Below, one piece after another: positions 19,952 to 28,567 of a stretch of DNA of 64,000 nucleotides. Under the pieces are notes generated by a model that saw nothing but the letters and a program-made list of their open reading frames with translations, made no database searches and was not told where the DNA came from. Origin of the DNA: an uncultured Lachnospiraceae bacterium (GTDB taxonomy: Bacteria; Bacillota; Clostridia; UBA1381); the NCBI GenBank assembly GCA_964579875.1, contig CAZOHJ010000001.1, positions 44,871 through 108,870 on the forward strand, read 5' to 3'. Position numbers and translations under genes: made by a program. Position 1 is the first letter of the stretch; each line of letters opens with the position of its first letter.

Positions 19952-20066
19952 GTACGAAAAGAAATTAATTGAAGATTTTTTCATCGCTGCACGGCTTCGG
20001 GCGTCGGCAATTCCGTGTAGCCGATGTCAGCTATACCGCATACTATAACATGGAGGTGTTTTTAAT

Positions 20067-20528
20067 ATGGAAACCAATCAGAACAGAGCGCGGGCCGCAT
20101 TCGCGCAGATCCGGGGAGGCAAGGAGTATCCGAAAATCCGGGGACAGGTGAGCTTTAAGCAGCTGCCGAACGGTGTCCTTGTAACGGCGAGGATCACCGG
20201 TCTGCCGTATAAAAAGGACGGAATGGGGATATTTGCCTTCCATATACACGAGGGAAACCGCTGTACCGGAAACAGTCAGGATGAATTTGCGGATGTGAAG
20301 GGTCATTATAACCCCGGGGATAATTCTCATCCGTATCATGCCGGAGACCTTCCGCCGCTGTTTGGCAATCACGGCTTTGCCTATATGTCGGTATTCACAG
20401 ACCGGTTTTCCGTAAAGGATATTATCGGCAGAACGGTAATTATACATTCCGGTGTTGATGATTTTAAATCCCAGCCGTCCGGCAATGCCGGCGCAAAAAT
20501 AGCCTGCGGTCAGATTGTAAGAGGTTGA
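20067..20528 (+). CDS. sodC: Cu,Zn superoxide dismutase family protein with no signal peptide.
   Basis: All metal-ligand positions are recognisable: FHIHE, GHYNP, HPYHAGDLP, VIIHSGVDD. The N-terminus METNQNRARAAFAQIRGG is not hydrophobic. Confidence 0.85.
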   Translation: METNQNRARAAFAQIRGGKEYPKIRGQVSFKQLPNGVLVTARITGLPYKKDGMGIFAFHIHEGNRCTGNSQDEFADVKGHYNPGDNSHPYHAGDLPPLFGNHGFAYMSVFTDRFSVKDIIGRTVIIHSGVDDFKSQPSGNAGAKIACGQIVRG

Positions 20529-20555
20529 AATATTCTATACCGTTAAGAGCACAAT

Positions 20556-20590
20556 AGGGAAATCAGCGCTGAAAGCGCCGATTTCCCTAT
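20556..20590. terminator. Bidirectional hairpin between the convergent sodC and NlpC/P60 genes.
   Basis: TAGGGAAATCAGCGC-TGAAA-GCGCCGATTTCCCTA forms a 15-bp stem with one mismatch. Confidence 0.6.
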
Positions 20591-20631
20591 TGATAAACAA
20601 AGCAGATGTTGTTTGACCGTTTATTAAATTA

Positions 20632-21867
20632 TTACCAGACACGAACTGCGCCCGCATATGATGAAATTCTGTATGATGTTTCAATCGATGAAATCTTTAC
20701 GACATCACCTGTCTGCGGAGCATGAATCATATTGCCGTTTCCAACATATATTCCTACATGACTTATTCCGCCGCCGTGCGAGAAGAATACCAGGTCACCC
20801 GGCTGGAGATTTTCACGGCTTACATACTGACCCGCGCCTCTTTGCGAAGCTGCAACTCTCGGAACGGAAATGCCGTTCTGATTACATACATATTGCACAA
20901 GACCGCTGCAGTCAAAGCCGCTTGGCGATGTGCCGCCCCATACATACGGAACGCCGAGATATTTCATTGCCGAATTAACGATTGCCTGTCCCTTGCCTGA
21001 TGAGGATGACACGGAAGCAGCCGAGGCATCTGAGGTTACATAAACAGATGATGCATTCATTGCATTTTGCCTTGCAATCTCCTCTTTTCTTGCAGCCTCC
21101 GCCTTTTCGGCGGCAATACGTTTTATTTCTGAATGAACATCATTCTTTTCTACCCATTCGCCTGTCGCTTCAAGGCCGGTATTGATCACATAACCCTCAT
21201 TGTACTCATCTCCGTAAAGTATCTTTATATAATCTCCCTGCTTGTCTACTATGATAACATCATCGCCGTCATTGACGGAACCAAGGCTATCAGCATCCTC
21301 ACTGCCGGATGCCCGCACCGTAAGACCGCTTTCCGCGGTAACGCTTGCTTTCTTGTAATGGTCGTACTGAAGAGCAGTTTCCTCGGCGTCCGCCTTATCA
21401 AGCGTTACAAGATCGCTCTTTACATAGCCTGACTGTCCGTCAGCCATTACCTTGTACCAACCCTCCGTACTCTCAAGTATCTCTACCTGCTCGGCGCCGC
21501 TCATTGTACCGATCGTTTCAGCATCCTCGTTCGGCTCTGTCTTAAGATCCGCCGCCCCGGAAACCTTTGCATATCCTAAAGTGAGATAGCTTTTTTCAGC
21601 TATCGCCTGTTCAGTCTCCAGATCAACAAGACCTGCCGGCTCCTGAACCGACTGAACCTCTTCATCAGAGCTTGTCAGAGCAAGACCTCTTGATCCTTCC
21701 TCGCTCTCTGTGCTTGCAATGGTGATATTCTCGATCTGATTTGCTGAGCTGAGTCTCATATCACGGTCAAGCCTCTGAGCTGACATATCCGACACCTGAA
21801 AAAAGCTAAGCGTTCCTACCATTACAATTGCAGCAATGGCAATGATAGTGTGCTTCAAATTTCTCAT
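20632..21867 (-). CDS. Secreted NlpC/P60 (C40) peptidoglycan endopeptidase with SH3-like domains.
   Basis: Catalytic block at the C-terminus: GVPYVWGGTSPSGFDCSGLVQYV...HVGIYVGNG...IHA. Two SH3b-like repeats (GYVKSDLVT, GYVINTG). Start moved to MRNLKHTIIAIAAIV (ATG 21867) because AGGAGG lies 9 nt upstream. Confidence 0.85.
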   Translation of the reverse strand: MRNLKHTIIAIAAIVMVGTLSFFQVSDMSAQRLDRDMRLSSANQIENITIASTESEEGSRGLALTSSDEEVQSVQEPAGLVDLETEQAIAEKSYLTLGYAKVSGAADLKTEPNEDAETIGTMSGAEQVEILESTEGWYKVMADGQSGYVKSDLVTLDKADAEETALQYDHYKKASVTAESGLTVRASGSEDADSLGSVNDGDDVIIVDKQGDYIKILYGDEYNEGYVINTGLEATGEWVEKNDVHSEIKRIAAEKAEAARKEEIARQNAMNASSVYVTSDASAASVSSSSGKGQAIVNSAMKYLGVPYVWGGTSPSGFDCSGLVQYVCNQNGISVPRVAASQRGAGQYVSRENLQPGDLVFFSHGGGISHVGIYVGNGNMIHAPQTGDVVKISSIETSYRISSYAGAVRVW

Positions 21868-22088
21868 TCTAAATAACCTCCTATATAGCATGACATTAAG
21901 TACTTCGAATTTTAATAATACTTAATGGGTGCGATTAATTTCTCTTTGAAATAAGTTTTCTTCATTATGCTGAATACAAAAAACCTATTGCAAAGCATAT
22001 ATATAGACATAATGTTACAAATATTACATCTTGTTTAACAGCATTATTACAATCTTTTCAGAAATGTTACTGTTTTATTACAAGGTAG

Positions 22089-22117
22089 ATTATACACCAT
22101 TTAGCCTATGTTGTCAA
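22089..22117 (-). promoter_or_regulatory. Consensus sigma-A promoter pointing at the NlpC/P60 gene. It implies a 5' leader of about 215 nt.
   Basis: On the minus strand: TTGACA (22117-22112), 17 nt, then TATAAT (22094-22089), with TG at the extended -10 position. Confidence 0.5.
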
Positions 22118-22286
22118 CCTTTTTTTTGGAAAAGCGAAATTTTTTGTTACGTTATTGCAATCTAAGCGTAATATTTTGTAATATGTTTGTAACATTTCAC
22201 ATACATTTTCGCCGGATACCGCTGATTGTATATAGTATGCATTGATTACTTCGTATTTTATAATACTAAATGCATGCCATCGGATA

Positions 22287-22315
22287 TTGACGAGCTGCTT
22301 TTATTATGTTATAAT
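22287..22315 (+). promoter_or_regulatory. Sigma-A type promoter for comEC-holA.
   Basis: TTGACG (22287-22292), 17 nt, then TATAAT (22310-22315). It lies about 50 nt upstream of ATG 22366. Confidence 0.5.
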
Positions 22316-22365
22316 AAAGGAAAACATAAGGGCTTTCCTTAATACTAAAGAAAAGGTATACACTC

Positions 22366-24687
22366 ATGAGGTTTTCACCAATTATTCTTGCGGCTGCTAT
22401 GGTGTCGGCAATATTCTGTACATCCTGCTTCGGCACATTTATACCGATTTGCACTATTGCTGTCTTCATTATTATATTCATACTGCGTTCCGCTTTGACG
22501 GGCAGAACTGATATGGTTGTGCTTGCTCTGACGGCGGGAGCCGCTGCGGGAGTTGTCACATATTCAATATCATCGGATACCTCGGCGCATAAGTCGGTTG
22601 ATTATATAGGAAGATATGTAACATATCATGGTGTTGTCCTTTCCTCCGCGCAGGAAAGCTCCTCAGGTGAAAACTACAAATATACTCTCCGCGTAAAGCA
22701 AATAGAACATGCGGACGAAACGATAAAGGATAACGAAAATATTCTGCTTTCAACCCCGGAAAAATTCGGCTGTGGTGAAAGCATCACCGTAAGCGGCATT
22801 GTTAAGGATCTCCCCTCACAAATGAATGAGAACGGTTTTGACGCGGTTAAATATTACGAATCGCAGAATATATTCACGCGAATGTTTTCGAAGGAGGCCG
22901 TTCCGGGCGAAAAAATAAATATATTCTCTCCGTCAATCCTATGCGGCAGGTTTCGGGACTCGGTTGATAATATTATATACAAATACTACTACGGTAATTC
23001 AGCAGCCGTCCTTTCCGCGGTTCTTACGGGAAATTCACACCGGTTTACAAAGGATTATTCAGACGCGGTGTCGGACACCTCCTTTAAAAGGCTTTTTCAT
23101 CCGGCTTATATACATATAATGCTGATACTCAGCTTCACGGGACTTTTTACGGCTTTTGTTCCGAAAAAATTCCGTGATATTGCCGTTATGCTGCTTATAG
23201 GCGCATACGCGCTTCTTAACTGCGCTCAGATAGGATTTCTGCGATGCCTTGTCACCTGCGGTCTTATGGTATTCTTCCGTCTTAAAAACGGAAGCGCCTA
23301 CTATCCGGATACTATGGCATGGATCGTTATTATATGCGCAATGGGCGCTCCGATGATAATTTTTAATGCCGGATTTGTCCTGTCGGTTGCAGCCGGAATT
23401 ATAGTATGGGCGTTTTTGCCCTTTGTAAAAAAAATATTCACCGGCGCGCCGAAAAGCCTGCGTCATACGGCGGCCGTTATGCTGATATGTCTGGTATTCT
23501 ATACGCCTCTTACGGCATATTATTTTAACGGGATCTGTATATATTCTTCCCTTACGCCGTTTATAATGGCTCCTGTGGTTATTATTACGCTGTTGTCGGC
23601 TCCGCTTACATTTATTATGCTGAAGCTTTTCGGCGCAGCGCCTATTGTCAAGGCATTTCTGGATTTTATGATATGGATTATGCTCAGGCTGCCCCCGTTT
23701 ATTGCATCACTGCCGCTTTCAAGGCTTATAATCGCGACGCCGTCCCCTACGGTAATCCTTGCGGTGACCGCGCTGCTGTTTGCGGCATATTACTACCTGA
23801 AGGATTACAGGACAAAGGCGGGATATTCAATGCTTTGCTCATGTGCGCTGGGGCTTTCGGCTGCAATTGCCGCGCTGTCGCGCACGGGCACAACGGATTT
23901 TACCTTTGTTAATGTCGGACAGGGCGACGGCTCTGTTATACACACGGCATTCGGAGCGACAGTTATCGTTGACGGCGGCGGAGGTACGGCTTATTCCGAA
24001 TATGATCCGGGTGAAAGCGTATTTGTTCCTTATCTTGAAGCAAGGGGCTATGACACCATTGACGCCGCCTTTATATCCCATTTCCATCAGGATCATGCGC
24101 AGGGTGTCATTGCGGCGGTCGAGGCGCTTAATGTCAGGGAGGTTTTCGCTCCGGCAGTTACCGAAGGTGCTGATGATGAAATGAAGCGATGGGCTGCCTG
24201 TCTTGAAGCGGCGGCAGAAGAAAACGGAACGGAAATACATTACATTACCGGAAATACAAGAATTAAATTTGACAAAGGACTTATAATTAATATATATACT
24301 CCGGACGATGTTATAAAGCTCAGTCAGGATGATAACGATACGTCACTGCTGATGAACATAAGCTACGGAGATTTCAGCGCGCTCTATACAGGCGATCTGA
24401 CAACCTACGGCGAGCATGAATTTCTGCGTATAGGAGCAGATGTTGACGCCGACATTCTAAAGGTCGGACACCACGGCTCATCGACCTCGACCTGTCCCGA
24501 ATGGGTTGCCGCCGTATCGCCTGTATGCTCGGTTATAAGCTGCGGCGAGAATAACAGCTACGGACACCCGACAAAACAGACACTGGATAATCTGAGCGGA
24601 ACAACGGTTCTGCGGACCGATCTTAACGGCGATATACGCATAACTGCCGATAAAAAGGGAATAAAAAAAGTAAGCATATTAAAATAA
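22366..24687 (+). CDS. comEC: DNA internalisation competence protein ComEC/Rec2.
   Basis: 773 aa. N-terminal OB/DUF4131 region, polytopic competence domain, and a C-terminal metallo-beta-lactamase domain (FISHFHQDHAQG, LKVGHHGS). Confidence 0.9.
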   Translation: MRFSPIILAAAMVSAIFCTSCFGTFIPICTIAVFIIIFILRSALTGRTDMVVLALTAGAAAGVVTYSISSDTSAHKSVDYIGRYVTYHGVVLSSAQESSSGENYKYTLRVKQIEHADETIKDNENILLSTPEKFGCGESITVSGIVKDLPSQMNENGFDAVKYYESQNIFTRMFSKEAVPGEKINIFSPSILCGRFRDSVDNIIYKYYYGNSAAVLSAVLTGNSHRFTKDYSDAVSDTSFKRLFHPAYIHIMLILSFTGLFTAFVPKKFRDIAVMLLIGAYALLNCAQIGFLRCLVTCGLMVFFRLKNGSAYYPDTMAWIVIICAMGAPMIIFNAGFVLSVAAGIIVWAFLPFVKKIFTGAPKSLRHTAAVMLICLVFYTPLTAYYFNGICIYSSLTPFIMAPVVIITLLSAPLTFIMLKLFGAAPIVKAFLDFMIWIMLRLPPFIASLPLSRLIIATPSPTVILAVTALLFAAYYYLKDYRTKAGYSMLCSCALGLSAAIAALSRTGTTDFTFVNVGQGDGSVIHTAFGATVIVDGGGGTAYSEYDPGESVFVPYLEARGYDTIDAAFISHFHQDHAQGVIAAVEALNVREVFAPAVTEGADDEMKRWAACLEAAAEENGTEIHYITGNTRIKFDKGLIINIYTPDDVIKLSQDDNDTSLLMNISYGDFSALYTGDLTTYGEHEFLRIGADVDADILKVGHHGSSTSTCPEWVAAVSPVCSVISCGENNSYGHPTKQTLDNLSGTTVLRTDLNGDIRITADKKGIKKVSILK

Positions 24688-24697
24688 GGAGAAAGCT

Positions 24698-25747
24698 ATG
24701 GCTAAAGCAGCAAAAAAGAAAAACGATATTGTTGAACTTAAGGCTCAGCTCTCAAAAAAGACGCTTCAGCCTCTCTATATATTTTACGGTGAGGAGGAAT
24801 ACCTTAAGGAATTTTATATAAAGAAGATAACCGAGCTTGTTCCCGATGCCGGACTTGAGGAATTTAACCGTATTCTGATCACGGGCGCGGCTGATTACAG
24901 CGAATATGACGATGTCTGGGAGGGCATGCCGATGATGACGGATAAGCGCATACTGCAGATCCGTGACAGCAACATATTTACAATAGCACGCAAGGGAGAT
25001 ATAGTGCCCCCTGACGATAATCAAAAAAAATTCTGGACAGAAAAGTTCAAAAGGCTTTCCGATGACACAGTTGTAATATTCTGTGAAAAAAATGTGGACG
25101 CGCGGAGCGCGCTCTTTAAGGCTGCTTCAAAAGCGGGCTTTGCCGTAAAATGCGAATATATGTCGCTGCCGGATTTAAAGGCATGGGTCATAAAACAGAC
25201 GCTGCACGCCGGGAAAAAAATTGACGACTCCGTGGCGGAATATCTTGTTTCCGTGATTGACCCCGGTCTTAATAATCTTGAACACGAATTGAATAAGCTG
25301 CTGAATTACTGTGATAATATTATATACAGGACAGATGTGGATAAGGTCGTTTCAAAGGCCGTGCAGGTTCAGATCTTTGACATAACAGACGGTATTATGG
25401 AGGGCGCTCCGGCAAAGGTTTTCAAAATTCTGAACGAGCTGAGAACGCAGAAGCAGAGCGCCTTCGGCATTCTTTACCTTATATATTCAAATGTGGAAAA
25501 AATGCTGCATCTTAAGCTTGCCGGCGTTACCAACCGCAATGAGGCGGCGCAGCTTTTGGGCGGTTCGCCGTGGATAGCGGGGAAATACCTCAGCGGAGCT
25601 TCGGGATTTTCATCGGCGGCGCTGTATCATATGGTGACAAGAGTGCCGGAAATAGACTATGAAATAAAAAACGGTATTGTGACCGAGTGGCAGGCGCTGG
25701 AGCAATATATTTTTGAAGCTCTTGACATGAAGAAGAACGGACGATAG
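24698..25747 (+). CDS. holA: DNA polymerase III delta subunit.
   Basis: 349 aa. N-terminus LQPLYIFYGEEEYLK is typical of HolA. The position after comEC is the conserved Firmicutes arrangement. Confidence 0.85.
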   Translation: MAKAAKKKNDIVELKAQLSKKTLQPLYIFYGEEEYLKEFYIKKITELVPDAGLEEFNRILITGAADYSEYDDVWEGMPMMTDKRILQIRDSNIFTIARKGDIVPPDDNQKKFWTEKFKRLSDDTVVIFCEKNVDARSALFKAASKAGFAVKCEYMSLPDLKAWVIKQTLHAGKKIDDSVAEYLVSVIDPGLNNLEHELNKLLNYCDNIIYRTDVDKVVSKAVQVQIFDITDGIMEGAPAKVFKILNELRTQKQSAFGILYLIYSNVEKMLHLKLAGVTNRNEAAQLLGGSPWIAGKYLSGASGFSSAALYHMVTRVPEIDYEIKNGIVTEWQALEQYIFEALDMKKNGR

Positions 25748-25758
25748 GACTTGAAATA

Positions 25759-26430
25759 ATGAATAATAATATAATTATAAACACACCCGAAAAGGTTATA
25801 TTTGATATGGACGGACTTATATTTGACAGTGAGCGCGTTTTTATGCGTGAGCTGAGGGACGCTGCGAAAGATTACGGATATGACATAACAGAAGAAAAAT
25901 ATGTGCAGACCTTAGGTCTTACGGGTGATACACTTCTGAAAAAGAAAATAGAGCAGTACGGCGCAGCTTATCCCCACTATGAGCTGAGCCGCCGGGCGCG
26001 GGACAGGGTTGATACAATAGCATTATCCGAGGGACTTCCCGTAAAGCCCGGAATAAAGGAGCTGCTCACCTTCTTAAAAGACAGCGAAATACCCTGCGCG
26101 GTAGCATCGTCAACCCATGCCGGATATGTGGAAAAATATCTTGCGGCATCAGGTCTACGCAGGTATTTTGATACTGTCATAGGCGGAGACATGGCAGAGC
26201 GCTCAAAGCCGGAGCCTGATATATTTCTTATCGCGGCAGACGGTACACCGCCCGACAAAGCGCTGGTACTCGAAGACAGCACAAACGGAATTATCGCGGC
26301 CTCCCGTGCAGAAATACCCGTTATCTGCATACCCGATATGACATACCCCGCGGAGGAGATCAAAAAGCTTACCGCGGGGATTGTAAGCTCGGCTGCTGAA
26401 ATTATAGACATTATAAGGAGGACAATATGA
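25759..26430 (+). CDS. HAD-superfamily hydrolase (beta-phosphoglucomutase-like subfamily IA).
   Basis: Motif I is VIFDMDGLIFDSE, motif II is ASST, and a terminal EDSTNGI is present. Confidence 0.8.
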   Translation: MNNNIIINTPEKVIFDMDGLIFDSERVFMRELRDAAKDYGYDITEEKYVQTLGLTGDTLLKKKIEQYGAAYPHYELSRRARDRVDTIALSEGLPVKPGIKELLTFLKDSEIPCAVASSTHAGYVEKYLAASGLRRYFDTVIGGDMAERSKPEPDIFLIAADGTPPDKALVLEDSTNGIIAASRAEIPVICIPDMTYPAEEIKKLTAGIVSSAAEIIDIIRRTI

Positions 26431-27866
26431 TGGTTTTAGACGGTCTTAAGCCGGAAAGGGTTATGAAATATTTTGAGGAAATATGCTCGGTTCCTCACGG
26501 ATCCCGCGATACGGGCAGGATTTCTCAATACTGCATGAACTTTGCGGAAGAGCACGGACTTGATGCTGACTGTGACGCGTCCGGCAATATAGTAATAAGA
26601 AAGCCGAAATCCGCGGACTGCGAAAGTGATGAAACGGTCATAATTCAGGGGCATCTTGATATGGTGTGCGCAAAAGAAAGCGGCTGTGATATAAATTTCA
26701 GAAAGGACGGACTGCGTCTTAAAAGGGATAACAGCTTCATATGGGCGGAAGGCACAACACTTGGAGGTGATGACGGTATCGCCGTTGCAATGGCTCTCGC
26801 TGTTCTCGAAGCCGACGATATAACCCATCCCGCCCTTGAATGTATTTTCACGACAGATGAAGAAGTAGGTATGCTCGGCGCCGCGGCTCTTGATATGAGC
26901 GAAATTAAGGGGAAATATCTTATTAACATAGATTCCGAGGATGAAGGCGTTTTCACTGTGAGCTGCGCCGGAGGCGCAACGATCACTGCCGGACTTCCCG
27001 CCTCGCATACTGCGGATATCGACATATCAAAGGCTGAATATGTTAAAATCAGGGTCGGAGGTCTTACGGGCGGTCACAGCGGTGTTGAAATCCACAAGGG
27101 CAGAGCCAACGCCTGTAAGCTTCTCGGCCGCTTTCTTGCGGAGCTTCAGGGGCTTACGTCCTTATGCATTGCCGATATAAAGGGCGGTGAGAAGGATAAC
27201 GCGATCCCAAGGGAATGTGAGGCAGGTATACTCGTCACCGATACAACGCCCGTATTTCAGCTTATAAGCGCATATGAGGCAATATACCGGGAAAAATATT
27301 ATGAAACAGACCCTTATCTTTATATAAGCTGTGACAATACGCAAAGGCGGAACGGCAATATACTCGGCAATAATATCATCAGACTTCTCGCAGAGGTTCC
27401 CAACGGTGTCAGAGCAATGAGCAAGGATATTGACGGTCTTGTTGAAACCTCATCAAATCTCGGGATTATTTCCTCTGACAGTGAAAAGATCACCGTTACA
27501 TTCTCTGTCCGCAGCTCTATAGCGGAGAAAAAAGATGCGCTTATTAAGGATATAGCATCGCTTATTTCGGAGTGCGGCGGCGTATATGAAATCAACGGCG
27601 TATATCCCGCATGGGAGTATAAAGCTGATTCAAGGCTGCGCAAGGCATGCATTGACGCATACCGAGAGCTGTACGGCAGGGAGCCTGTTATTGACGCTAT
27701 TCATGCCGGACTTGAATGCGGAATATTCTGCGGCAAGAAGCCGGAGCTGGATTGTATATCCTTCGGACCGGATATACATGATATTCACACTACAGGGGAA
27801 AAGCTCGATATAAAGAGCACCGAACGCGTTTACCGCTTTCTGCTGAATTTACTGAAAAGGTTGTGA
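26427..27866 (+). CDS. pepD: Aminoacyl-histidine (Xaa-His) dipeptidase, M20 family.
   Basis: FEEICSVPHGS, GHLDMV, GTTLGGDDGIAVA and TTDEEVGMLGA. 479 aa. It overlaps the upstream gene by 4 nt. Confidence 0.9.
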   Translation: MMVLDGLKPERVMKYFEEICSVPHGSRDTGRISQYCMNFAEEHGLDADCDASGNIVIRKPKSADCESDETVIIQGHLDMVCAKESGCDINFRKDGLRLKRDNSFIWAEGTTLGGDDGIAVAMALAVLEADDITHPALECIFTTDEEVGMLGAAALDMSEIKGKYLINIDSEDEGVFTVSCAGGATITAGLPASHTADIDISKAEYVKIRVGGLTGGHSGVEIHKGRANACKLLGRFLAELQGLTSLCIADIKGGEKDNAIPRECEAGILVTDTTPVFQLISAYEAIYREKYYETDPYLYISCDNTQRRNGNILGNNIIRLLAEVPNGVRAMSKDIDGLVETSSNLGIISSDSEKITVTFSVRSSIAEKKDALIKDIASLISECGGVYEINGVYPAWEYKADSRLRKACIDAYRELYGREPVIDAIHAGLECGIFCGKKPELDCISFGPDIHDIHTTGEKLDIKSTERVYRFLLNLLKRL

Positions 27867-27873
27867 TTTACAA

Positions 27874-28497
27874 ATGACAAAAATTAAGATATGCGGTCTT
27901 ACAGGTATTGCTGACGCGCGGATAATAAATGATTTAAAGGTCGATTATGCAGGGGTTGTTATGTTTTGCCCCAAAAGCAGGCGCAGCGCCTCACCGGAAA
28001 CGGCAAAGGAAATAATCTCGGCAGTCGATACCGCAAAAACCGTTGCGGTTGTCGTTTCACCCACGCTTGAACAGATTAAAATTATAGAGGACTGCGGCTT
28101 TGACATTATCCAGATCCACGGAGAAACACCGGATGAAGTGTTCGCCGCCGCAAAGCTGCCGATATTTAAAGCATTCAACGTAAAGGATACAGACAGCATT
28201 GCAAAATATGAGAAAACTGACAATATAATCGGATATGTATTTGACGCGGCGCAGCCCGGCAGCGGTAAAACCTTTGACTGGTCAATGCTCAAGGCTATCC
28301 CCCGCGGAGACAGACTTCTTATTCTCGCTGGCGGACTTCGCCCGGACAATGTGGCGGAGGCGATCAGATATGTACGGCCGGATGTTGTGGACGTAAGCTC
28401 CGGCGTTGAAAATGATAACGGAAACGGGAAGAGCCGCGATAAAGCGGAGCTTTTTGCGGCCGCGGTTTACGGGGAGCGGAAAGCCGGCGGCAATTGA
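27874..28497 (+). CDS. trpF: Phosphoribosylanthranilate isomerase.
   Basis: KICGLT start, IQIHG, LAGGLRPDNV, DVSSGVE. 207 aa. Confidence 0.85.
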   Translation: MTKIKICGLTGIADARIINDLKVDYAGVVMFCPKSRRSASPETAKEIISAVDTAKTVAVVVSPTLEQIKIIEDCGFDIIQIHGETPDEVFAAAKLPIFKAFNVKDTDSIAKYEKTDNIIGYVFDAAQPGSGKTFDWSMLKAIPRGDRLLILAGGLRPDNVAEAIRYVRPDVVDVSSGVENDNGNGKSRDKAELFAAAVYGERKAGGN

Positions 28498-28515
28498 CCG
28501 CCGGTCTCTCACGCC

Positions 28516-28541
28516 GCCGTGTGTCCCGTTCGGTACACGGC
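28516..28541. terminator. Hairpin between the convergent trpF and GH95 genes.
   Basis: GCCGTGT-12 nt-ACACGGC. There is no strong T-tract. Confidence 0.35.
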
Positions 28542-28567
28542 AGTTATATAACAGAAATCTGTCCGAT

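Noticed and set aside
21868-22117. Possible c-di-AMP (ydaO-type) riboswitch in the long leader of the NlpC/P60 hydrolase gene.
   Set aside because: The leader is almost pure AT and lacks the G/C-rich conserved cores (ACGGGGA / CCCGA-type segments) and pseudo-twofold helices expected for that class. An Rfam scan would be the formal test.
22242-22559. 89-aa (plus) and 97-aa (minus) ORFs overlapping the comEC start region.
   Set aside because: They lie in AT-rich promoter DNA and in the first TM-coding part of comEC. Their hydrophobic or odd composition is explained by the overlap.
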